Shown one piece after another: positions 56,062 through 64,000 of a stretch of DNA of 64,000 nt. The notes under the pieces are model-generated. The model saw only the letters and a list, made by a program, of their open reading frames with translations, was not told where the DNA came from and did not search any database. The stretch is from a bacterium (GTDB lineage Bacteria > UBP6 > UBA1177): the NCBI GenBank assembly GCA_017405875.1, contig JAFQZM010000020.1, positions 9,422 to 73,421 of the forward strand. The letters are read 5' to 3'. The stretch's first letter is position 1; each line of letters begins with the position of its first letter. The translations under genes were made by a program, and so were the position numbers.

Positions 56062-56901
56062 TTAAAAGATTTTTTCAGGATTTTCGCAGAAACAGTTTGC
56101 AAGACATTCAGTGATGAAGTAGCGTGATTCACCGCAACTGAATACCGAAGCTTCATCTTCAGGATAACAGCCGCATTCGTTCGGAATTTCATCTGAATCG
56201 GCGTCTTCGTCGGGAAGTTCCGTATCGTTATCGGTCTCATCAGAGTCATCATCTTCACCGACCGACGGGTCAGCATCGTCACCCTCGCCTTCTGTCAAAT
56301 CTCTGGTGATTCCGGCTTCGTCGCAAAGCCCTGGTTCTGAAACTGAACAGATTTTGCCGCCTGAATTGATGGCGTAGCAGTTTACGAAACACGGGTTGAA
56401 GACCAATATTTTGCCGTCGCAGCATACCGGGAAATAGTCCGGAGTACTGCCGCATCCGCATTCAACATTCGTAAATCCTTCAGGGAACGGATCACTTTCA
56501 GGGAATATGTAGACAGGCGCGTCTTCATCAGGAAAATCGTCAGGATTTGCCGGATCATTCATATCCGGTTCAGAATCGGTATCAATATCTGTATCGGTAT
56601 CGGTTGGATCAATACTATCCGCATAATCTTCATCCGGATAAGGAGCGTTCTGTTCATCATTTTCTTCATACTTATCCTGCCCGCCCTCATCGTAATAGTC
56701 ACTGTCGGCATTGTCTTCGTTCCAATCGTCGTAGTTTCCGGCACTTGCCGTGTCCGCATTATCGCCTTCGTAAATCTCGTCCGGAAGCCCTTCTGTATTG
56801 TCTTCACCGTCGGAGGATTTATCGCCCAGATTTACGAACTGACTGCAAGAAACAACGAACAAAACAACTGAAACGACTAAGAAAAATCTACTTTTCATCA
56901 A
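56062..56901 (-). CDS. acidic lipoprotein with two Kazal-like protease-inhibitor modules
   Basis: Signal peptide plus lipobox LFVVSCSQ and long D/E-rich spacers. Two Cys modules, ECGCGSTPDYFPVCCDGKILVFNPCFVNCYAINSGGKIC and ECGCYPEDEASVFSCGESRYFITECLANCFC, match the Kazal PVCG.DGKTY.N.C..C spacing. Confidence 0.55.
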   Translation of the reverse strand: MMKSRFFLVVSVVLFVVSCSQFVNLGDKSSDGEDNTEGLPDEIYEGDNADTASAGNYDDWNEDNADSDYYDEGGQDKYEENDEQNAPYPDEDYADSIDPTDTDTDIDTDSEPDMNDPANPDDFPDEDAPVYIFPESDPFPEGFTNVECGCGSTPDYFPVCCDGKILVFNPCFVNCYAINSGGKICSVSEPGLCDEAGITRDLTEGEGDDADPSVGEDDDSDETDNDTELPDEDADSDEIPNECGCYPEDEASVFSCGESRYFITECLANCFCENPEKIF

Positions 56902-58111
56902 TTATCCTCTTGATTTCCCTGCTGCGGAAACTTCTCGGATATTCTCTGAGGTAATCATGGCAGAGCGGAAGATCTCTGCTTTCCGATTTTTTCTGCGACA
57001 GGCAGCCTTTTATCATGATTTCTTCTTTATATACGCGGCTTTCGCGCATAACTCTGTCATATTTTTTAACCAGATTTGCAATTTCCGCATAATCTTTTTT
57101 AGCTTCGTTTATCGAAATAAGTTCGAACAACGCCTTGTCGGGTTCATGGCCTTTCTCGATCTCCATCGTGAAAAGCTGCTGCGCCGCTCCGGTTTTTCCC
57201 GCTGAGAGGGCTTCTCTTCCCTGAAACAGGAAAGATTTGCCCGGAGTCAGCGCAAAGTCTTGTTTTTTAGGATTGTTTTTCGTCTTTTTTCCAGGGGTCG
57301 TTATGGCAATTTGTTGTTCTTTCTGATGGTCTTTATATTCAAAAGTCTTATTCATGTCTTTGGAAAGCTGCGTTGCCGCGCCGTTTGCCTTCTCAACAAT
57401 TTCAACGAGACCGCTGAAAACTTCAGCCGTAAGTTTTCCGTCTGAATAGTCGAGCGTGAAAGATGTTCCGAGAACTCTGACTAAAAATTTTCCGTCGACA
57501 TCGATCCTGAAATCGTTGCCTGTGACGACGTCGAACTTCGCCTTTCCTTTTTTCATCGAAACGTCTGTATCGGTGATATTTTCAAGATAAGTGTTCGAAA
57601 TTACTGAAATCGTTGCCTTTGCGAGCTGAACTTTCGCACCGCTTTCCCTTTCGCCGGATGCGTAATCTTCTTTCGTTTCAATGACAGCTTCTGTCGCACC
57701 TGCTGTTGCGATTTCGACAGTTTTTTCTGTGTTTTCAGCCGGTTTCCCGCTATTAAAAAGTGCAACTGCAATTACTACTGCAACTGCAAGCGAAAGTGCG
57801 AGCGCCGGTTTGAACCATGAAGCAAAAAGCGCGGAAAAACTGAAGCCTTTTTCTTTTTCTGGCTCGGTTTCTTCTTCAAAAGGCAGCATTGCAAACGATT
57901 TTGCCGCGATTTCGGTAACTTTCGCTTCATCAACAGCTGGAACGAATTCCTTTGACTCGGCGAAAATCTCTTTCGCGCCGCAGCAGCAGCTTATCATTGA
58001 AGAGCAGTCAGTGCATTCGGCAACGTGCTTTTCCGTTTCGGGAAGCAGCACGTATCTGCCGTCTGCGAGAGCTATCGCTTCTTCGATCGTTATGTGTTTC
58101 TCGGATACCAT
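56888..58111 (-). CDS. anti-sigma factor (zf-HC2 N-terminus, TM helix, FecR-like periplasmic domain, C-terminal TPR)
   Basis: HVAECTDC zinc-finger motif, a single TM helix (ALALSLAVAVVIAVALF) and a FecR-like block (FRIDVDGKFLVRVLGTSFTLDY). It is downstream of the ECF sigma gene and overlaps the Kazal-like gene by 14 nt. Confidence 0.7.
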   Translation of the reverse strand: MVSEKHITIEEAIALADGRYVLLPETEKHVAECTDCSSMISCCCGAKEIFAESKEFVPAVDEAKVTEIAAKSFAMLPFEEETEPEKEKGFSFSALFASWFKPALALSLAVAVVIAVALFNSGKPAENTEKTVEIATAGATEAVIETKEDYASGERESGAKVQLAKATISVISNTYLENITDTDVSMKKGKAKFDVVTGNDFRIDVDGKFLVRVLGTSFTLDYSDGKLTAEVFSGLVEIVEKANGAATQLSKDMNKTFEYKDHQKEQQIAITTPGKKTKNNPKKQDFALTPGKSFLFQGREALSAGKTGAAQQLFTMEIEKGHEPDKALFELISINEAKKDYAEIANLVKKYDRVMRESRVYKEEIMIKGCLSQKKSESRDLPLCHDYLREYPRSFRSREIKRIIDEK

Positions 58112-58119
58112 AAAACCTC

Positions 58120-58695
58120 TTACATACTAAGACTCAATATTTCATAAAGCTCCTTTTTCGCCTGATTTATCCTCGACCAGACTGTCTGGAGCGGCTGTTT
58201 CAATATCTCGGAGATCTCTTTCAGCGGAACTCCTTCGACCTCGTAAAGAGTTAAAGCAAAGCGTTTTTCAGGCGATAATTTTTTCATCGCACTGTTCACC
58301 ATCTGTGCTTTTTCCTGCTTTATCATCGAAGCCTCGCTGCCGGACGATTTGTCTCCGATCTGGAGAAAAAACTCAGGTTCTTCCGCAGTTTCGATCCGGT
58401 TCATATTCTTCTGGATGTATTTGTAGGTCGTATTTACCGCTATACGATAAAGGAAAGTCGAAAAAAGCGAATCGCGCTTGTAAATTTTTATCGCTTTCGC
58501 CATTTCGGTAAAAACTTCCTGCACAACATCCTCCGCTTCGGCACTTTTGCCGATGATTCTGTAAACCGTGGCGGCAACTTTTCCGTAGTAGCGCGTTATA
58601 AGCGCCGTCCACGCCTTCTGGTTTTTTTCACGCAGTGCAAGGTCGACAAGAATGTTGTCATCAAGATTTGCCAATATCCTGTCTTCCTTCACCAC
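58120..58695 (-). CDS. ECF-family RNA polymerase sigma factor
   Basis: A sigma-70 region 2 (DVVQEVFTEMAKAI...FSTFLYRIAVNTTY) and region 4 (LKEISEILKQPLQTVWSRINQAKKEL). GTG start with GAGGA upstream. Confidence 0.8.
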   Translation of the reverse strand: MVKEDRILANLDDNILVDLALREKNQKAWTALITRYYGKVAATVYRIIGKSAEAEDVVQEVFTEMAKAIKIYKRDSLFSTFLYRIAVNTTYKYIQKNMNRIETAEEPEFFLQIGDKSSGSEASMIKQEKAQMVNSAMKKLSPEKRFALTLYEVEGVPLKEISEILKQPLQTVWSRINQAKKELYEILSLSM

Positions 58696-58796
58696 AGCAA
58701 AATCCTCGTATTTAGTTCCATTTCTGCCCGTTTTTTATTGAAAAAAAATGAAAAAAATTCAAAAAAAACGAGATTTCCCAAAAAATATCAATAAAA

Positions 58797-60413
58797 TCAG
58801 TCATTTTTACCTTTCAAAAAAGTTGAGAAAAATAACGCCAGCGAGACAAAAAAGACAATAAGATCGGCTGTAAAGAGATTTCCGGTCATAAAACCGCCCG
58901 CAATCAAAGTTCCCGTCATCAGAAATGCCGCCGTGATTCTCGTCACCATTTTCGATACGAATTTGCGCTCCGAATCGTTCAAAATCACCATAATTCTGTG
59001 TTGGATCGTGCCGTTTTCGAGCTTTTCGGTGATGTTCGTCACCGTATCCGGCAGCGTGTGGACAGTGTCAACGATTTTTTCGATCGCGCTTGTCGCTTCA
59101 GCCGCGATATTTTCGGGCGAAAACTTCTGCATGATTATCTCTTTCGAGAGTTTTCCCGCGACCGTCATAAGCTCGAATTCGGGATCGAGTTTTCTGCAAA
59201 GCCCCTCAATCATTGAGAAACTTCTTATAAGCTGCGTAAGCTCTCTCGGCACTTTGAGCTTGTATCTGAAAACGACGCTGGAAATTTTCCCGACTACTTC
59301 AGCCGTATTTATCTCAGCCAGATTGTCAGGCAAGTTCTCGAAAATATTGCGTAAATCTCTGACAAAAAGCTCTTTGTCGTCAATTTCTCCGTTTTCGCTG
59401 AGTTCAAGGCATATACGCGCCGTTTTTTCCCAGTCTTTTGCGACGAAAGCGATGAAAAGATCAGCCAGTTTGCTGCGCATAAACTTATCAATGTATCCGC
59501 ACATTCCGGTATCAATTATCGCTATCTCGTTGTTTTCCTTAAAGAAAATATTACCTTCGTGCAAGTCGGCATGAAAAAATCCGTCGTTGAGGATCATCTT
59601 CATCAGAACTTCGGCTCCTCTGCCGGCAATAACCTTTCTGTCGAAATTTTCCTTATTTTCAGGTTTGATGACATCATCAAGTTTCAGCGCGAAGATCCGT
59701 TCCATGACAAGGATTTTATTCGTGCAGTAAATTCCGTGCATTTTCGGGAACTTAAGCCAGTTCCACTTCGGAGAGCTGAAATTTTTGACGAATTTTTCGT
59801 TATTCGATTTTTCGAGCATTAAGTCGAGTTCCATGTTCATAGTCTGAAAAAACTCTTCCGCAATCGCCTCGAAATCAATGTTCTGGGAATATGAAGTTTT
59901 GTTGATGTAGTGCGCGATCGTGAAAATAAGTGCCATGTCATCGCGGATCGTCTCGGTTATTCCCGGCTTTCTCACTTTGACGACAACTTTTTCGCCGTTT
60001 TCCTTCAAAGTTGCGCCATATACCTGCGAAATCGATGCCGCCGCGATGGGATTTTCATCGAATTCCGAAAAAATATCAGTAATTTCAGCACAGAGTTCGC
60101 CCTCGATTATCGGTTTTATCTGCTCGAATCCTATCGGTTTGACGTTGTCGGTCAGTTTTTTGAACTCTTCAGCCATAGAAGCCGGAATAATATCCTTTCT
60201 GAGCGACATCATCTGACCGAGTTTTATGAAAGTAGTGCCGAGTTCTTCAAAGGCTTCGCGGATATTTTTTTCAAGGCTGGGATTCCCCGTTTCCTCAGAA
60301 GGTCTCGATATCCCGAACTTTTTGAAAAATGCCTGCGGAAGATATTTCCCGAGACCGTGTTTGTTGAGAACGGCAATGATTTCCTTGATTCTTTTGAGCC
60401 TTTTGAGATCCAC
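58797..60413 (-). CDS. ABC1/UbiB-family atypical protein kinase
   Basis: AAASISQVYGATL...VVVKVRKPGI, HADLHEGNIF and IIDTGMCG kinase-like motifs, with C-terminal TM helices. GTG start with GGAGG upstream. Confidence 0.85.
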   Translation of the reverse strand: MDLKRLKRIKEIIAVLNKHGLGKYLPQAFFKKFGISRPSEETGNPSLEKNIREAFEELGTTFIKLGQMMSLRKDIIPASMAEEFKKLTDNVKPIGFEQIKPIIEGELCAEITDIFSEFDENPIAAASISQVYGATLKENGEKVVVKVRKPGITETIRDDMALIFTIAHYINKTSYSQNIDFEAIAEEFFQTMNMELDLMLEKSNNEKFVKNFSSPKWNWLKFPKMHGIYCTNKILVMERIFALKLDDVIKPENKENFDRKVIAGRGAEVLMKMILNDGFFHADLHEGNIFFKENNEIAIIDTGMCGYIDKFMRSKLADLFIAFVAKDWEKTARICLELSENGEIDDKELFVRDLRNIFENLPDNLAEINTAEVVGKISSVVFRYKLKVPRELTQLIRSFSMIEGLCRKLDPEFELMTVAGKLSKEIIMQKFSPENIAAEATSAIEKIVDTVHTLPDTVTNITEKLENGTIQHRIMVILNDSERKFVSKMVTRITAAFLMTGTLIAGGFMTGNLFTADLIVFFVSLALFFSTFLKGKND

Positions 60414-60424
60414 TTAAGCCTCCG

Positions 60425-61144
60425 TTACAGGTAAGTCCTGACGAATATTTTGTCGCGTTTCGTGATGCGCCTCATTTCGACCGCCATCCGCTCAAGCTGC
60501 TCCGTTGAATAGCTTTCAGCCGCCTTGGCTTCGTCAGTATAAGCGTTGTCCTTGATAAATTTCTGGAGATAGTAAACAGCGTTTTCAGGAATAAAATCAG
60601 CCATTTTGCAAAGGCGCTCGTAACTTTCTACAAGTTTAGGATACATCGTGGTACGGTATTCGACTTTCGCATTGCTCTGGTTTTCCAGAAGTTTTTTTGT
60701 TGCAAGCAGCTTTTCTTCGACTTCTTTTTTCGGCAGTTTGCAGCCGAGCTCGCAGTAGAGATCAGGAGTCGTCTTGATGTCGATTGCGATATACGAAAGA
60801 TCGGGAAGGATTTTTTCAATAAATTCAGGTTTCAAGCCGTTTGAATCGATTTTTACGGCAAGACCGAAACGCTCTTTTATTTCGCGTACCAAGTCGATGA
60901 GTTCGTCATAAAGCGAAGTCTCTCCGCCCGAAAACGAAACGCCTTCGATGAATTTAAGTCGCTTCTGAATGTCGGAAATTATGTAATCCCTCGAAAGCCA
61001 TTTTTCCTGCGGCGGAACTTCAAAAAGGGAAGAATTGTGGCAGTAGGGACAGCGCAGATTGCAGCCGGAAAAGAAAAAAAGAGTCGCTATTTTTTCAGGA
61101 AAATCAACAAGAGTAGTCTGAACGTGACCGGTGATGGGAAGCAT
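60425..61144 (-). CDS. radical SAM activating enzyme (glycyl-radical enzyme activase / NrdG-PflA-like)
   Basis: CNLRCPYCHN CxxxCxxC cluster near the N-terminus, about 240 aa long. Which glycyl-radical or other partner it serves is uncertain. The start was set at MLPITG with GGAGAA upstream. Confidence 0.6.
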   Translation of the reverse strand: MLPITGHVQTTLVDFPEKIATLFFFSGCNLRCPYCHNSSLFEVPPQEKWLSRDYIISDIQKRLKFIEGVSFSGGETSLYDELIDLVREIKERFGLAVKIDSNGLKPEFIEKILPDLSYIAIDIKTTPDLYCELGCKLPKKEVEEKLLATKKLLENQSNAKVEYRTTMYPKLVESYERLCKMADFIPENAVYYLQKFIKDNAYTDEAKAAESYSTEQLERMAVEMRRITKRDKIFVRTYL

Positions 61145-61173
61145 TCTATTCTCCAACTAAATACGCAAAAACA

Positions 61174-61947
61174 TTAAGATTTTCTATTTACCAAATGGTA
61201 GTCTCTCTGAGCTGTCGGATAGATTATGATATCCGAAACATTTACGTGCGGCGGTCTCGTGACGACGTAAAGAACCGCGTCTGCGATATCTTCTGCGTGA
61301 AGCGGCTCGTAACCTTCATAAACTTTGTCGGCGCGCGCCTTGTCGCCTTCAAATCTGACCATGCTGAACTCGGTTTCAACGGCGCCTGGATCGATCGTGG
61401 TGACACGAAGCGAAGTTTTTAAAAGGTCCTTTCTAAGCCCGTTAGTTATCGCATTGACCGCGTGTTTTGTCGCGCAGTAAACCGTGCCGCCCGGGTAAGT
61501 TCCGCGTCCGGCAGTAGAGCCGATGTTCACGATGTGGCCTTTGTCGCGCTCGATCATAACGGGAAGAACCGCTTTCGTGACGTAAAGCAGACCTTTGACA
61601 TTTGTGTCGATCATCTGCTCCCAGTCGGATATTTTGTTTTCATTGAGAGGCGTCATGTCTTTGGCAAGACCTGCGTTATTGACAAGAATTTCAATGTTTT
61701 TAAACTCTTTAGGCAGTTTCGCGAAAAATTTTTCAACAGCTTTCTGATCCCTGACATCAAGAACTCCGGCGAAACATTTGACTTCGTATTTGTCACTTAA
61801 ATACTGCGCAAATTCTTTGACTTTTTCTTCTCTCCTTGCCGAAAGTACAAGATTGCAGCCCGCTTCCGCCAGCGCTTCGGCAGTAGCCGCACCTATTCCC
61901 GAACTTGCACCAGTCACACACGCGATTTTTCCAGAAATATCGAACAT
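61174..61947 (-). CDS. short-chain dehydrogenase/reductase (SDR), NADP-dependent 3-hydroxy-acid dehydrogenase-like
   Basis: TGASSGIGAATA cofactor motif, NNAG and a YxxxK (YCATK) catalytic block. The start was set at MFDISGK with GAGGTGG upstream. Confidence 0.85.
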   Translation of the reverse strand: MFDISGKIACVTGASSGIGAATAEALAEAGCNLVLSARREEKVKEFAQYLSDKYEVKCFAGVLDVRDQKAVEKFFAKLPKEFKNIEILVNNAGLAKDMTPLNENKISDWEQMIDTNVKGLLYVTKAVLPVMIERDKGHIVNIGSTAGRGTYPGGTVYCATKHAVNAITNGLRKDLLKTSLRVTTIDPGAVETEFSMVRFEGDKARADKVYEGYEPLHAEDIADAVLYVVTRPPHVNVSDIIIYPTAQRDYHLVNRKS

Positions 61948-61969
61948 TTTCCACCTCACATTAAAACAA

Positions 61970-61994
61970 CAAAACCAAAAAACGCACAATTATA
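61970..61994 (-). promoter_or_regulatory. promoter motif TATAAT-TGTGCG-TTTTTTGG-TTTTG (minus sense) upstream of the SDR / radical-SAM / UbiB unit
   Basis: Reverse complement reads TATAATTGTGCGTTTTTTGGTTTTG and begins 47 nt upstream of the ATG at 61947. Confidence 0.45.
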
Positions 61995-62110
61995 CTCAAA
62001 AATTTAAAAATTTCGACAGAAAAATTTAAGAAAGTGCGAGATTTTATTTCGGACAGAAATTTACTGTTCAAAGAGTGAATACAAAATGACTAAAAGTATC
62101 AGTTGCGTGA

Positions 62111-62974
62111 TTATTTCGAAAATTTTGCCAGCAATATCTTAAATTTGAGTATAATAATTGTTGCCGAGTGCCACAAAATGACTATGAAGACGCTGGTGCG
62201 GTACTTGTAAGCGGTTTCACGGTTAAAATCTTTGAAGTATCCGATCAATTTCTTTTTGAAGGCTATTTTCTTGTCCGCATTCGCTCTCATCACAGTAGTC
62301 CAAGAATTCTTCACGTTGATCCGATAAACCGACATGACTTCGTCCAGATAGTATATTCCGCCGCGGCATGAACCGTAAATTTGAAGCATATAATCTAATG
62401 CTGAAACTTTTACATATTCAGGAGTATTGTTCAAAAGAGACTTCCTGAAAAAAAGGGAATTCGTGGCGAGATAATCACCACCTCCGGTAATAACTTCGCC
62501 GGTTCTCAAAATTGTGTCGTTTTTTTTCGGTCTTACCATTTTACCAGGCTCACCTGTTTCAGCATCAATGCACTGTGCCGCGTGAGCACACATATCAACT
62601 TCCTCATGCTGTTCCATAATGTCAAACTGCTTCTGGAGCTTGTTTTCATCTGTCCAGAAGTCATCGCCTTCGCAGATTGCGATATACTTGCCGGCAGCTC
62701 TGGGAAACTGGTATCTATAACTTATTCTTATTTTTTGAGAATACTGGTTTTCCTTCTGAAAAATAGGTTTTATAATATCAGGATATTTTTGCTGATATTC
62801 GCGAATTATACCGGCTGTTCCGTCAGCAGATGCATCGTCATGTATCAACACTTCGTATTTAAATGACGTCTTCTGCATCAAAAAACCGTCAAGAGCTTTT
62901 TTTATATATTTCCCGTGATTATATGCGTTACATACTATGCTTACTTTAATTTCGTTTTCCATGTGTTTACCCAA
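62111..62974 (-). CDS. glycosyltransferase family 2
   Basis: GT-A N-terminus VSIVCNAYNHGKYIKKALDGFLMQKT...LIHDDASADGT with a DxD-like DDAS. Confidence 0.75.
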   Translation of the reverse strand: MGKHMENEIKVSIVCNAYNHGKYIKKALDGFLMQKTSFKYEVLIHDDASADGTAGIIREYQQKYPDIIKPIFQKENQYSQKIRISYRYQFPRAAGKYIAICEGDDFWTDENKLQKQFDIMEQHEEVDMCAHAAQCIDAETGEPGKMVRPKKNDTILRTGEVITGGGDYLATNSLFFRKSLLNNTPEYVKVSALDYMLQIYGSCRGGIYYLDEVMSVYRINVKNSWTTVMRANADKKIAFKKKLIGYFKDFNRETAYKYRTSVFIVILWHSATIIILKFKILLAKFSK

Positions 62975-64000
62975 ATGTCATTTCGCGGAGATATATTTCT
63001 CTCATTTCGGGTTCAACCGAACTCAGATCAAATTTTTTTACGGTCTCAGCAGCATTTCTGGTGTAAAGATCTGCGAGCGAGGAGCCGTTTTTAAGTTTCA
63101 GTATTGCATCGGCCAGTTCCGAAGGTTTGTTGTCAACTATTTCACCGGTTTTTCCGCTCTCTATCAGATCGGTGTTTCCGCGGATCCTTGAACAGATGAC
63201 AGGTACTTTGCAGGCCATCGCCTCCATCAAAGCGACAGAAAGACCTTCCTGCAGAGACATCAGGACAAAAAGGTCTGAGGCGGAGCAGATCTCACCGATA
63301 TCGTTTCTATATCCCAGGAAATGAACATGATCCGCAATGCCTAGAGAATCAGCCTTTTTTTTGAGAACTTCTTCAAGGATACCGCAACCACATATCAAAA
63401 ACTGGATGTTTTCCAATCCTATTTTATTTTTCAGCAAACTGAGGGTTTCAAGCATGAGAGCGTGATTCTTGCGGGGAATAAGTTCACCGACAGAAAGAAT
63501 AACAAAATCATCTGATTTTAAAGAGAGTTCCTCCCGCTTCGACTCACGGCTTTTGGTGCGGCTTCCAAGCTTGCCCATATTGACACCGACACCCGGGACA
63601 TAAACAATCTTACCCGCTTTAAATGTTTGCGCTCTCTCATAATCTTCTTTGTTGATAGTGATCAGGACATCTGTTTTATGTGCAAGCCATTTTTCAACAG
63701 GATAATATACAAGCCAATTTATTAAAGGAGCTCCTTTGTAAAAATGGAATCCGTGTGCAGTATAAATGACCTTGATTTTATGTTTTTTACGAAGATCGTT
63801 GGCTGCAAGTCTGCCGAGAACCCCACCCATCGGGGTATGGCAGTGCAGAATATCATAGTTGTTTTCTTTGAGTATTTTTTTAAGCTCGAAATAAGCTTTG
63901 ACATTCTTCAAGCTAAAAGGTGATCTTGCAATACTTATCGAATACTGGTTATCACAATCAGGCACTGTTTCCTCACCAGGCGAACAGTAGTCGACCTGCC
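62967..64000 (-). CDS. glycosyltransferase family 4 (N-terminus probably beyond window edge)
   Basis: GT4 C-terminal blocks (ILSVGELIPRKNHALML...DLFVLMSLQEGLSVALMEAMACKVPVI). The frame stays open upstream of the GTG at 63965 to the window end, so the gene is probably 5'-truncated by the window. Confidence 0.65.
   Translation of the reverse strand, partial: QVDYCSPGEETVPDCDNQYSISIARSPFSLKNVKAYFELKKILKENNYDILHCHTPMGGVLGRLAANDLRKKHKIKVIYTAHGFHFYKGAPLINWLVYYPVEKWLAHKTDVLITINKEDYERAQTFKAGKIVYVPGVGVNMGKLGSRTKSRESKREELSLKSDDFVILSVGELIPRKNHALMLETLSLLKNKIGLENIQFLICGCGILEEVLKKKADSLGIADHVHFLGYRNDIGEICSASDLFVLMSLQEGLSVALMEAMACKVPVICSRIRGNTDLIESGKTGEIVDNKPSELADAILKLKNGSSLADLYTRNAAETVKKFDLSSVEPEMREIYLREMTFG

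Noticed and set aside
58696-58760. GGAAC-type ECF autoregulatory promoter upstream of the sigma factor gene
   Set aside because: The GGAAC found overlaps the probable RBS and GTG start, and no properly spaced CGTC-like -10 is present.
1-64000. tRNA, rRNA or other structured RNA genes
   Set aside because: No intergenic region over 80 bp shows cloverleaf-compatible arms or rRNA-like conservation. The intergenic hairpins found are better explained as terminators.

Overview
This 64-kb window appears to be from a Gram-negative-type bacterium. Many products carry a signal peptide followed by Cys (lipobox), and GC content is mosaic (roughly 35-50%).

Left half (about 1-35.8 kb): one long minus-strand Wzx/Wzy-dependent surface-polysaccharide locus (O-antigen or capsule). 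It carries FnlA/FnlB/FnlC (UDP-L-FucNAc), a PglF/DegT/PglC-like initiating module, an ATP-grasp-HAD fusion, five GT4 glycosyltransferases, Wzy and Wzx. It also carries a heparinase II/III-like protein, three acetyl/acyl transferases and a pyruvyl transferase with an FrhB-like Fe-S partner fused to an acetyltransferase. WecC/WecB (UDP-ManNAcA) and a Ugd-family dehydrogenase complete it.

Insertion: between wecB and the ugd-like gene sits a ~3.6 kb AT-rich insertion bounded by 27-bp imperfect direct repeats. It carries a DarT-DarG toxin-antitoxin pair (the DarG antitoxin has a macrodomain plus a Panacea/DUF4065-like C-terminal domain) and an AAA+ ATPase with a PD-(D/E)xK-like tail. It also carries three phased 21-bp repeats and a 59-bp fragment of a second wecB.

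A 601-aa AT-rich orphan with a C-terminal RNxxxH (HEPN-like) motif is embedded in the polysaccharide operon.

Right half (35.8-64 kb): a secreted S8 protease with a Cys-rich tail, YchJ, and a cluster of thioredoxin-fold proteins. These are a Trx-DsbD-like fusion, a Trx paralog, an SQPC thioredoxin-like protein and a tandem DsbA-like lipoprotein with monothiol CPYG motifs. Cys-rich acidic lipoproteins, one of them with coding tandem repeats, are interleaved with them. Also present are a carbamate kinase with a cPGS-like GTPase, an aquaporin and TrkA/TrkH. Further along are a membrane adenylate cyclase and an ECF sigma / anti-sigma / Kazal-like inhibitor operon. The window ends with a UbiB-like kinase, a radical-SAM activase, an SDR and two more glycosyltransferases.

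A strikingly uniform promoter architecture recurs at nine or more transcription-unit starts: a -10 hexamer, a 6-7 nt GC-rich discriminator, then a T6-7-G tract, all 33-47 nt upstream of the start codon.

No rRNA, tRNA or CRISPR array was recognised.
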